Shown one piece after another: positions 1 to 10,845 of a stretch of DNA of 64,000 nt. The DNA is from Daphnia carinata (lineage: Eukaryota), in the NCBI RefSeq assembly GCF_022539665.2, contig NC_081332.1:5084001-5148000 (forward strand), given 5' to 3'. The notes under the pieces are model-generated. The model was given only the letters and a program-made list of their open reading frames with translations. It was not told the DNA's origin and did not search any database. The translations under genes were made by a program, and so were the position numbers. Numbering within the stretch: the first letter of the stretch is position 1; each line of letters opens with the position of its first letter.

Positions 1-102
1 GAGTAAATGTAGAAGAATATGTTGCAGAATTGCATTTCAGTTTTATTATAAGTGTAAATGCAAGTCCACAAGTGACCAGAAAAAAACCAACTTGTCATCA
101 TA

Positions 103-173
103 TGATTCATGGCTCATTGGTAGAGCATAGGCGCGGTATGCCGAACATCCAGGGTTCGATCCCTGGATAATAA
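103..173 (+). pseudogene. tRNA-like element (tRNA pseudogene or tRNA-derived SINE head)
   Basis: A-box TGGCTCATTGG (110-120), D-stem GCTC/GAGC, anticodon-arm-like TAGGC-GCGGTAT-GCCGA, B-box GGTTCGATCC (153-162) with T-arm. The acceptor stem does not pair (TGATTCA vs ATAATAA), so it is not an intact tRNA. Confidence 0.65.
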
Positions 174-389
174 TAGACTGCTTACAGATAAAAGATAATC
201 CAATGGAAACAATGCTTACCATCAAAGGTGACAAAAACTAATAAAGCAAAGCAATAAAAAAAAAAGTTGATAAATGTAATGTGTGAACACGGCTAACACA
301 GACAATGAAAGAAACAAATTTTGCAAAAAATATTTTATAAAAAAAAATTTATTGACAATTCTCTGCACATTACAATTATTTTTGCAACT

Positions 390-2265
390 TTAAAAAGGCA
401 CAATAGCCCTTTCAAAAGTTGCCGTCAACCCAGGCAGGGGGAGACACTGCCTTGTTGACCCACCGGGGAGATTACCCGGTGATTGGCTAAGAGAAGCCGG
501 AAGAAGAGCTGAAGATTTGGAACATTTTTACAGGAGCGATTAACCTTTAGTTCGGATTTGTGGGTAGCCACATCGCCCTCCGTGAACACATCATCGGACT
601 AAGCGGCACCCCACGTCCCCTTTCCGGCCAGAGCCCTCCAAACCTCGGTATATGTTGTTTTATATATACCGTACAGTAGGGGCATGACCCCCTACGGGCT
701 TATTACGAGTCAAGGGGAAACGGGGCTTCAGAAAAGAAGGGAGCCCAGATATGCACTTCAATTTTTTAAATATCAAATACCGTCTGGGGAATCCGAATTA
801 AGTATAGAAATGTCATGTCATCCATCCAATCAATACAATTTATTCAGTGTCTTGCCCCAACCAAGAATTTTTTCAGATCCAATGTTACTATTAACCTATA
901 TTGAGAAAAGAAAAACAACACCGTTAAACATATCAACTGTTGATCATGTAACTTACATGACTCATAGATTCAACTTCTGGCAGAAGCTTGGGACAGGACA
1001 TACAAATTGCAGATTAACATCATTGTATAAGGCTCTTGAATGATAAACTAGCACCTGTACAATGTTGCATTGTTGATAGTTGTGTTCCCAGTACATGAAA
1101 ATCCTTTCCTATTGGATAAAATTTTTTTTGGTAGATTAGACATGGTTGGCAAAAAGCAGGAGAAAATGCTTTGTCATAAATTCAAAAAATTTTCAAGAAA
1201 ATTCCTTTCATACCTAAAAAGTCCATGTATGATGTTCATCGCTGCAATGCCAACAAAATGAAACATCTTTAGGGCCATTTAAGTACCCAGTTTCCCCAAC
1301 ACTCTGAACGTAACAGGACAAGTTGTTCTTTAGCAAGAGAAGCAGAATTATTTGAGGTTTCTAGCTGTGACAGAACTATAAAGGATTGCTGTTACACAGG
1401 ATTCATTCACACAAGATGGAACTTCTCATTAGACAATTTGCATACTCTATTACTTTACCTCATACCTTAATGGTAATGCACTTTCAGTGTTTTTCAACTG
1501 TAGGCTCACTCTCCCATCCTGTAACACTTCCAGACTTGACTTGACCCCCCACTAAAATTCTGTGAATGCAAAATAATAGCATTAAAAATACTTTTTCGAT
1601 AGACAAAAAACTGAAAAGTACCTAATTCATGTTTTATGTTGAACTCATGCTATTTCTGGGTTTCCGTACCACACCCATTTTCAACCCAAATACAGTCCCA
1701 CAATTGTTCAATTGCTTCGCTGCATGGACTTATTACTAACAATTCTTTTAGTGCAGAACTAACAGAATTTAACTTTAACACACTGTCAGGTGGAAGACTG
1801 AATAACTAAACAATAAATAATTGTTTGTTAAAATTCTATACTTATTTTGAATTCTTATTTGAAAAGTTTAGGTACCTGACTGTGTTCGCCTAATGCCAAT
1901 TCATCCTCATGTTCAGTTAGGGATGAGTTTTGAAAAACCTCCTTCACTGTTTGGAAACTGTTCCGTTCCAATTTGTTCTTTTCCCCTAGCTGAGCTTGTA
2001 GACTCAAAATTTGAGCTACAAAACACAAATGAATAAAAGCAAATAAATAGAATCATTATGTATTAGGCCTTACCATCCTTAGCTTTGCTGTTAGCTAATA
2101 TTTTGTGTTGTTCCAATAATTGGGCCTGCAGCTTCATAATTTGATCTAATAAACAATAATTAATAATTGAAAACCAATATAATAATGTTTATACTTACCA
2201 TCCTTTTGTTGTATTACCTTATCCATTTTTCAATTGTTCCTCCATCCACGCGTTATTCTCCATCC
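390..2265 (-). pseudogene. Decayed multi-exon gene of unknown function with a coiled-coil-like N-terminus
   Basis: Minus-strand AG/GT-bounded exons splice in frame: ...MDKVIQQKD / DQIMKLQAQLLEQHKILANSKAKD / AQILSLQAQLGEKNKLERNSFQTVKEVFQNSSLTEHEDELALGEHSQ / LFSLPPDSVLKLNSVSSALKELLVISPCSEAIEQLWDCIWVENGCGTETQK*. There is a frameshift in exon 1 and in-frame stops/frameshifts in later exons. The 3' boundary is uncertain. Confidence 0.5.
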
Positions 2266-2309
2266 ACGCTACTGAACTAACTGCGAATGGCATCCAATGG
2301 ACTGAAATT

Positions 2310-2880
2310 GCCTACGCTAGTAATAACGAGTCTGAGCGGTAGATGGCTACGTGTCGGAAAAAAAGAAAAAAGTGCGATTTTTTTTTTTTTCCGAAATTTT
2401 TTTTTTTAATGTAAAACGGATTGCCGTAGACATCTCTCAAAATTCCATTAAAAAAAAACACGTGTTACGCTCAAAATCGAACGTTGATTCCAGCTGGCAT
2501 ATTAGTTTTCCAGTAACATATGAAGTTTTTGAATTATGCGTATTCAAAGTACTTATAGCGCAACGATTTTTACGTTTTAAATTACTCAAAAACCATAAAT
2601 TCCACGCCAAAACGAAGTTTAAAATACACTACGGCTAGCGCGACAGTAGGCATTATTACCGTTTATTACAACATCAGCATTACATCGAAATCAGCGTATT
2701 CTGAGTATAACTTTTTAATTCATCTAATTCCAAATGATGCTTTCTCCGTTCAAATTTTGAGCTAAGCAATTTTTGCCACGACAAAATAAGTCCAACTTAT
2801 TTATGAAGTATTTTTCTAAACCCGCAATAGCTAAAAAAAAACATCATTTGGCCTCGCCATTAAAGATAGTAGGAAACCGT
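2310..2880. repeat. Fragment of a dispersed repeat, probable non-autonomous DNA transposon
   Basis: 2574-2620 aligns by eye at about 39/47 nt with 54983-55028, which lies next to the fold-back element. A local hairpin CGGAAAAAAAGAAAAAA...TTTTTTTTTTTTCCG sits at about 2355-2393. Boundaries are approximate. Confidence 0.45.
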
Positions 2881-3180
2881 AATAATCGGCATATTATACC
2901 AATGGCCAACCATTGAGCCATGACGTAATACCATTTCACATTCCATTTTTTTCTCTTTTCTTCTGCTTTAATAAAAAAGCTACATAATTGACGGTAAAAT
3001 GTATATGTTATTCGATACCCGCCTTCAAATTGTTATTCTGTCACTTTGGGGTCCTTCGAATAGGCTAAATACAAAATTATTTAGTTCAACTACAGATGGC
3101 GTTCAGCATCGTGTTTACATCTCATAGTGGTAATCATTTCAGAAGTGTCATAACTTAAGCCTTAAACACGAATACATCGG

Positions 3181-4691
3181 ATGGAAGAGGAAGCACCAAT
3201 AATTTATGGCCTTGATTTTCAGGTCTTTTTGGCTAATGGAAGTTCCACAAACAACCATTAAACTAAGTTTTTGTTTTCTTTTAGGCTAGGTCGTTATGCG
3301 CCCAATACGGAGAGACCGAAATGGTTCGTTTTCTGATTGGCACACAATCTCTCAAGTCGGAAAACTCCATCCACTGTGTTGAATATGACGAAGAATCTGT
3401 TTTAGTGAGCAAATTTGTTTATCCTCATCCTCTTGGAGAGATATGGCAGACAAATGCCCATCCCAACCAAGCAGATATAATCAGCACAGTTCACAGTACA
3501 TATAGCTAAATTACAATGGTTTTCCACTTAACTGGATAGCCACAAAACTTGCCATTATTTAATGTTACTTATATAAAGAAGGTCAAAATCAAAAAATGTC
3601 AGCTACCATTTACAAGATGAGTCCTGTGCCCACAAATGGACAGTCTATCGATACTCTGGACTCAACATCCCATGGCCAGCTCGAAGCCATAGCAAGTTTG
3701 GAAAGCAGAGATGAAAAAGAGGTAGCCAAAGTTCTGTGGCAACCAAACGATGGTAATAAAGTAATAACAGTCAGTACAGATAGTCAAATAACTTTGTGGG
3801 ATTTCAGCAATGAAGGCAAACTGCAGGTGAGACGGTTTTAAATCACAAAAAAATTGAGATGTAAACACCATTTCAACATTCAGAATGCAATATGTTCAGA
3901 GCCACTGTGCAAGACCCATAACCAAGTAACAGCTGCCAATTGGTCTCCACATCATGGTACCAATCAAGTAGCTGTAGCCATGGAAACAAATCTTCAAGTG
4001 GTTGACCTTCGTTCAGTCAACAGAGGATCTATTTACAACATAGAAAATGCTCACATTGAGCCTATTAGAGATTTAGATTTCAATCCTAATCGCCAATATT
4101 ACATGACCACATGTGGTGATGATGGATGTGTTAAGTTCTGGGATGTACGCAACCTTAGCCGTCCCGTTCTCAACAGGCACGATCACTATCACTGGTAGGT
4201 TCACGGAGATAGCACACTCTGTGAGGACAAATGCTAAAGAAGTTAAAAAAATACGTGATGTTTTCTCTTTTACGACAGGGTATGGCAAGTACGGTATAAC
4301 GTATTCCACGATCAATTGGTGTTAACAGCAGGAAGCGACGCCCGAGTGGTTTTATCATCGGCCGCGTCCTTGTCATCCGAGCCCTTTGGCAAACTCATGT
4401 CTGACGAAAAGGACAACGATGAAGGTGATTCATTTTACATACAATATGCTAATTTCAGTAAAAACAAACCTTTAAAAAAAAGTAACCAATAAACAACACG
4501 ACTTTTCAGATGATGACGTACGGAGTCCTCTGGCGGACGGAGTAATCACCGCGTACGAGGAGCACGAAGATTCCGTTTATTCGGTAGCCTGGTCCAGCGC
4601 CGATTCGTGGACCTTTGCCTCTCTCTCGTACGGTGGCCGGCTACTGATTCATCGCGTTCCACGCTCTTTAAAACACAGCATCTTATTCTAA
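3181..4691 (+). CDS. EIPR1: EARP/GARP complex-interacting protein 1 (TSSC1), WD40 repeat protein; 6 exons
   Basis: N-terminus [18 protein letters not shown], then [30 protein letters not shown], and C-terminus [35 protein letters not shown]...ILF*. Exons approx 3181-3222, 3285-~3495, 3579-3826, 3884-4194, 4279-4424, 4510-4691. Confidence 0.93.
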
Positions 4692-5620
4692 ATGCTACTC
4701 CCAACTCCTGGTTTCTCCTCCAGCATTAATTTATGATTGGTGTCGAATGGCAGAGATCGAGGCGAAACATACATTACACGTGTAAAAATGGCATCTAGAA
4801 TATGTTAATGCAGCATTGTAGCACCATCGGCGGCTCAAGCGCATTGAATTTTAGATTACAGCCACGATAAAGCGATTCGTTATTTGTCTACTCAGACAAC
4901 GAAGCAAAATAAGCAGCGGTAAACATTTATGGAGAAAAAGCAGTTGGAACATTGCGGAAGGCACGCAGACGAGCCACATACACATGCGTTTGACTCTTTC
5001 TTTTTTCTTATGAATTTGTTAACGATTTTTACCTTTTTTTTTTTTTCTGTTTGGTTGAATATTTCTTCTGATTTGGAGTTGCCAAGTCGCAGTCGCCCTT
5101 GCCGCAGGGCCAGTGCGTAACCAAACTCTTCAGGAGGATGAGATTTCTTATTTTCATTTTTCCCATTTTTCTTCCTATTTTTCATCGGTTCAAAGAGACC
5201 TGCCATAATAAGAGATGGGAATTAAGGTGCAGTGGGACCCGACTTCCTTTCCGTTGCTTTATTCCACATCTCTACATGTTCCCCCTAGTGCGTCTCCCAT
5301 ATTTTTTGTTACAGGTAAATTAAAATGTCACCATACAAATATAAGGCTAAGAAGAATTCATCTCTCTTTGCGATGAGGCGGAGGGGGGTTGGAGATGGAA
5401 GCAAACAAAACGCCGGACACACACAGGAGAGAGAGACAGTGTGTTGGTGCCGAACACATCAAATACAAAATATTTTAGGAAGCGGAAAAAAAGGGAATAT
5501 AAGAAAGGCCCTCGTTTTGTGTGTGTTTGAAGACCTGAAGAGAGAGGGACAATAAAAAGAGCCCTGTATTTTTGTTCCTTTTTTTTCCTTTGGAAAAGAA
5601 GCGGAGAATAAGGGAATGAA

Positions 5621-5653
5621 AGAGAGAAAAAGAGAGAAAGAGAGAGAGAGAGA
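5621..5653 (+). repeat. (GA)n-rich microsatellite
   Basis: GAGAGAAAAAGAGAGAAAGAGAGAGAGAGAGAG read directly. Confidence 0.8.
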
Positions 5654-6205
5654 GGGGGACCGTTGAGAGAGGGGAGGTACGTACATACGTAGTAGACTTA
5701 GTTTGAAAGTTCCAGCCGGACGAGACGGTTGCAACATCTCTCTCACGTGAGCTGCAATCGGCAACCACGATTACTATACACACGCATCAGTTTCAGCAAC
5801 AAAAAAGAAGTTTCGTAACCCCCAAGCTTGCGTCAGGTAATTTACAAGCGCACCTAAAACAACAAACAAGAGATTCGTGATTGCCCCGTGCTCTGTTGTG
5901 TGTGTTGAGGAACAGACCCCCTTTAGTGTTTTCAAGTACCGTGTCGGCCCATTGCGTGTTGCGAACCGTTGGAAAGTGCCCAAGACAGCAGCAAACAACA
6001 AGAAAAAAAAAAAAAAGGAAGGAACGTGGAGCGGTGTCGTGTTTTTGGAGATTCAGCGACACACTTTCACTTGAAGGACACGAAGGCGGCAACGGCTGCT
6101 GGCCAGCTAAAGTTCAACCAGATAAAAAAGAAAAGAAGAAGTTTGCAGTGGCTGAACATCGGGAGAATTGTTTTTGCCGTAAAAAACCGCGGATTATTCT
6201 ACCCA

Positions 6206-6229
6206 GTGTGTGTGTGTGTGTGTGTGTGT
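6206..6229 (+). repeat. (GT)n microsatellite
   Basis: About 12 perfect GT units read directly. Confidence 0.9.
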
Positions 6230-8317
6230 TAAGGCCAAAGTTATCAAACGAATAGCCCTGTGTGTGTGTGCGTCCGTTTTTTCCCGCCATTCCAGCCGAT
6301 CGACAACAAAAACAACGGCCAGAGAGGGGGGAATAATAAAAAAGAAGGAAACACGGGAGATCGGGGGTGGAAAGAAAGGAAGGTAAAAGGAGAAGAGGTA
6401 GGGTCTTACCTCTCCCTAACTGGGCGGTCATTTGAAACTGCTGCGAATCACCTTTCATTTAAGCGAAGCAAAAGCCGAGGGTCCTACTGGCGCCCGGGCA
6501 ATCGGTTAGTGTAGAATAACAATCCGATCCGGGAGCGGTTGGCGGACTGTGATCCGCTCGCAACATAACTTCATGGCTTCGTCGTCTTGTTATATTACTG
6601 GTACTCCCGCTGCCAGATCGTCCCAAGATCGTTCATAGAGATTAACCGCCCTGACTGTTCGGCCCTTGGCATTGAAAACGAAAATAAAGAACGAAAGAAA
6701 AAAAAAAGGAGTTGAAAGGAGAAGAGCTTGGCCCATCACCTTTTCGTTTCCCTTTTTTTTTTCTTCTCTTAACAAATAAAAAGAAGAGAAAAAAAAAGGG
6801 AAAATAAATACCATTCGCCACCAGCATTACCAGCAGCGGGCGGCAGCAGCCACCATCGTAGCCGGATGATAAAAAGGTCAGTGGCCAAAACAAAATGGCG
6901 CTCAGCTCTCTATGTTGATTCGGACACCCCGGCTGCGCTCCGGGCAACGTGTCACAGGGCATTGTCTCCAGTCCATCGGTCAACTAATTCTTCTCGCCAA
7001 CACCACCTCCTTCTTTTACTTCTTTTTATGCGCTTTTTTTCTTTCCTCTCCTTCATCCAATTTTGTTCATCTACCTGTTTGTGGTCTACTTTTCACTCCA
7101 CGCGGGCCCACTTGTCTTCCGGCAGGTCTCTGGTTTACGGTAAAAATAACAAAAAAAAAAAAATAAATCTACAAGGCGTTAAGAGATGATGGAAGCCAAA
7201 ACCTGTTTTTTTTTTCTTCATTCGCCGAAAATCCATCAACAATTATTCCGATAGATCAGGGACATCGAGAGGGGCAAAAACCCAGGTAGAAAACAGCCCG
7301 TGGGGGAACTGCAAAGAAGAAAAAAAAAACAATCAGCAGACTTCATTTAGTGAAAAAGAAAACCACTAAAAATAGAAATTGAGACGAAAGTGCATTTTGG
7401 AAAAAAGGATGGTTGTAGTAGTAGTCATTTATACCTCTAGGGCTTTCAAAGGGGGGTTCCTCCGATACCATCCCACGGGGCGGAATTTATTGCCTTTCAT
7501 TCGAGTGTCTAAGCCCATCACCTGAGCATTCGACCACTTACAGCCAGCCTATAATCACCCAAGACACGAGAGAATAGAGAGCTTTAAAGGAGGAGGATAG
7601 AATAGAAAAAAAAGGTCCATACGTTTAACGAGCACTTTCACGCCATCATCATCATCATCTTCTTCTTTTTTCTTCTCCCCTACCAAAAGAGTCAATATGT
7701 GTTTTTTTCTGGGGAAAAAAACATGCCGACCATGGAGTTCATTACGTTAGCCAGGTGGAGCTGAAACAAGAAGAACAAGCGGAGCAGAAAAGGGAAAATT
7801 AAACAATAAACAGAAATAATCATATTTTCTTGTTTAAAATTATAAAAAAGGAAGCAAGGGATGAAGAATCAAGACGAACATTCCGATTAGTAATCAATGG
7901 CTGCACGATTTTTTATTCTTTTTACCTTAAGGCAAGAAAGGAAAGACAGGTTTTCTCGTTTTTATTGTTCCAGCTATATATGCTTGCGTATATACCCTTC
8001 CAATCTTTAATGTTTGATTGATTTGGTAGCTGCGTCCTTTAGAAATTACACGAAAAAGCATTAAAGAACAATGTGATTAGTAATGAGTCCTGCACGATTT
8101 TTTTCTTAAATTTTATTTGGCTTTTAAAGTAGACAGGTTTCCCTATTTTTTTTTTCTCTCTGCATCAGTCGAACTTATCTTCTATCCTTATTGTTTTTCA
8201 AAGTAAAAAAATATTTTTGTTTACCTTTCCATCGTCTTTTGTTTTTGTATTTTCTTGATCGATGAAAGCAGTAGCTCGTCCGGTAGTTGTAATAGTAGTA
8301 GGAGCGAATCATCCGGC

Positions 8318-10062
8318 ATGTTGAAACACCTAAGTACACGTCAGCCAACCGATCATTTGCGTACTCCATCCAACGGACTTTCAGAATCGGGCCAGTCGGA
8401 TCGACTCGAACCGCCTCCTCGCCGCCTCCTTACAAACAACAACGTCATGGCTCCTCATCCATCGCATCAGCATCATTTGGCTAACGGCTACACTTCGCCA
8501 GGACGTTACTCCACGGCCGGATCGGGCAGCACCAAACAACAGCCGCAATTGCACAACATCTCCATGCACAACACGTCCAAGCATTCGCTGAGTCCGACGG
8601 CGAGCAACATCAGTCCTGGAACGGGCGCTAATCATACAAAGACAACGTTAACCAGCAATCTGGATCATTCGAGGGACGAGTCTTTACCTTTCAATTTCAG
8701 CAACGGCCCGCTGTCCTCTTCCATTTTCATCACGGATCGCTCGCTCCCGATTGGAGACCACACTTTCCTGTCCAATGGGTGAGAATTTACAGCATTTTTC
8801 TTTTCCACCCTCTGCAAGCGCAGGAAAACGAGGGGTTGTCACATCAATTCTAACTGAATTTCTATACGCTTATTTTTTTCTTTTTCATTTTTTGTTAACT
8901 GTATGGTGTGTGGTACTATTCTTAGTGGAGGAGGGTTAAATAAAGGCGTTACGGCCAACGGTGGAATGCACATCCGGCGCGGAAGTCCTCTGCCGACGTC
9001 CGTTACGAAGCTGGCAGCTGCAACGCGTCAGGTTTCCGCCAGCGTCATCGGAGTGCGCGAGATGTTGACTTCGCTCGGCCTTTTGTGTCTCCTGTCCCTG
9101 ATGATGGCTCTTTTGGGCCTCATCTTCTTGCTCAAAATGAGTCCGCCGCCAGACGCCATCCATTTCGTCGACCAGGTGCGCATCGTTTCGCCAGACGAGG
9201 CCGCCTCCGTCTACGAAGTCAGCCTAGCACTTTGCTCCCTGGCAATGACGTTGGACGTGTGCTGCTGCCTCGTCTGCGCCACCCAGCTCCTCTTCGCCGC
9301 CCGCCTGATAACAGCCTCGACCTGCTCATCATCAAATTCAAGTCGAGATCGGTTAGTAGCGATAAAGAAATCTTATTTTTTTTTTAAAACTAACAAACAT
9401 CTGTTTACCCTCACGCACGCACACACGCATATAGAGTGTTTTCGTGTTTTCAAAATTACGTTATCTAAACGGTGTGTTTATATTTATACAACGTTCCATG
9501 TGTTTGTTTTAGGATCAAAAAGTTCTTGAGGGACTCGGCCGTCACTCGCATTTGCGCCGTGGCTGGATTTTTCGTCTCGATCCCCGTCTTTCTCACAGGT
9601 TCGTTTTCAAAGATTTTCACTTCCGCTCTCGTTCTTTTCACTGACTAATAAGCCGTTTCTTTTTTTGCTCTCGCCAACAGACATCGTCCTCTACACCATC
9701 CTTCAGTTCCCTTCGACTCCCGCCATCACTACAAGTATAGTGATCAGCGTGGGAATCGTACTTTGCGGCTGTGCCATGCTTCACAACATCGTAGTCTGGC
9801 AGAGGGTAAGTGTCAAATCATTTTGTATTTTGACTCACAGCGTGTGGTGATTGTTAACGATGATTTCCATCCCCGAATGTAGTACAAGGGCTCGTCTACG
9901 ATGTTGCCCGATCTGTCGGGAATTGAAAAGCATCCAGATGCGCCCAACGGAAGGATCATGTCACCTGCTCAAATGCCAACAGCCACTTTAGATTTAAGTG
10001 CAGCACTGAATGGCAATGCCAATTTGAGCAGTCACATGCTCGAGCTTTCAACTCTTGTCTGA
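8318..10062 (+). CDS. Jiraiya/TMEM221-like four-pass membrane protein; true start may lie in an upstream exon
   Basis: Disordered Ser/His-rich N-terminus followed by four hydrophobic helices (LGLLCLLSLMMALLGLIFLL; VSLALCSLAMTLDVCCCLVC; RICAVAGFFVSIPVFLTDIVLY; AITTSIVISVGIVLCG) and a C-terminal ELSTLV*. Exons approx 8269-8778, 8926-9350, 9513-9598, 9681-9805, 9883-10062. Family assigned from remembered topology and the STLV terminus. Confidence 0.7.
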
Positions 10063-10795
10063 AAAAGAAACAAAACAGAGTTGTTAAGATATTATACTGT
10101 ACCATTAAAACTATTGAATCAGCCCAAAAAAAAATTCGATTGGCTGTCATCAATTAAAAACCTTTTTTTTCGACTTGAAAAATCAATGACATTAAAAGCC
10201 TAGTCACAAAATGATTTAAAAAAAAAACAATAATTAAAAAGTTTAAACGATTTCCAGAAGGAAATTGTTTCAACACCAGGCCAATGTCATTGGACGAAAG
10301 AGGTGAAACAGAATTTTTTATCTCCTATCGTCCCAAAATGTTATTATTATTTTTTTACGATTTCAACTCGCATCAGCCACTAAAAGGGCGTCAACAGCCC
10401 TGATCCTCTCTCCTCCATATGCCACACAATATAGCCCTATACTTAATAAGTGAGTAAGAAGTGACACACCCACCCTTTTAATTATGATTCAAGTGCCTAC
10501 ATATGAAACTGTATAATTATTGATTGCCAGTGCCAATCGTGTTGTAAATAGTAACGAGTTTCTACGTATTGCCATGTCTACTTCTTTTTCGTGTTGTAAA
10601 AAAAAATAATTAAATAAAGACATGCCCACAAAAACTCGAAATCACGAGAGTTAATGCTAATGCAGAATACGAAGAAAGAAAAAAAAACGAAAAGAAATGG
10701 GAACAGGAAATAGGAAATTGAAAATTTCAAGCGACACTAACCACATGGCCAGCGCGTGTAAACATAAACATTTTGATCGGAGAAAACGGGTGCAT

Positions 10796-10843
10796 TTTTA
10801 TAATTCCTTCAAAGCCAGTTGAGCACGAATTCACCATCAGTCA
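10796..10843 (+). promoter_or_regulatory. Putative TATA box plus arthropod initiator (TCAGTC) upstream of CCBE1
   Basis: TTTTATAA at about 10796-10803 and TCAGTC at about 10837-10842, immediately upstream of ATG 10846. Confidence 0.4.
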
Positions 10844-10845
10844 GC

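Noticed and set aside
684..1043. 119-aa plus-strand ORF
   Set aside because: No recognisable domain; lies antisense to the decayed minus-strand gene.
4892..7830. Many short overlapping ORFs on both strands
   Set aside because: Low-complexity poly-A/T and microsatellite translations with no motifs or consistent splice pattern; likely upstream regulatory or UTR-intron DNA.
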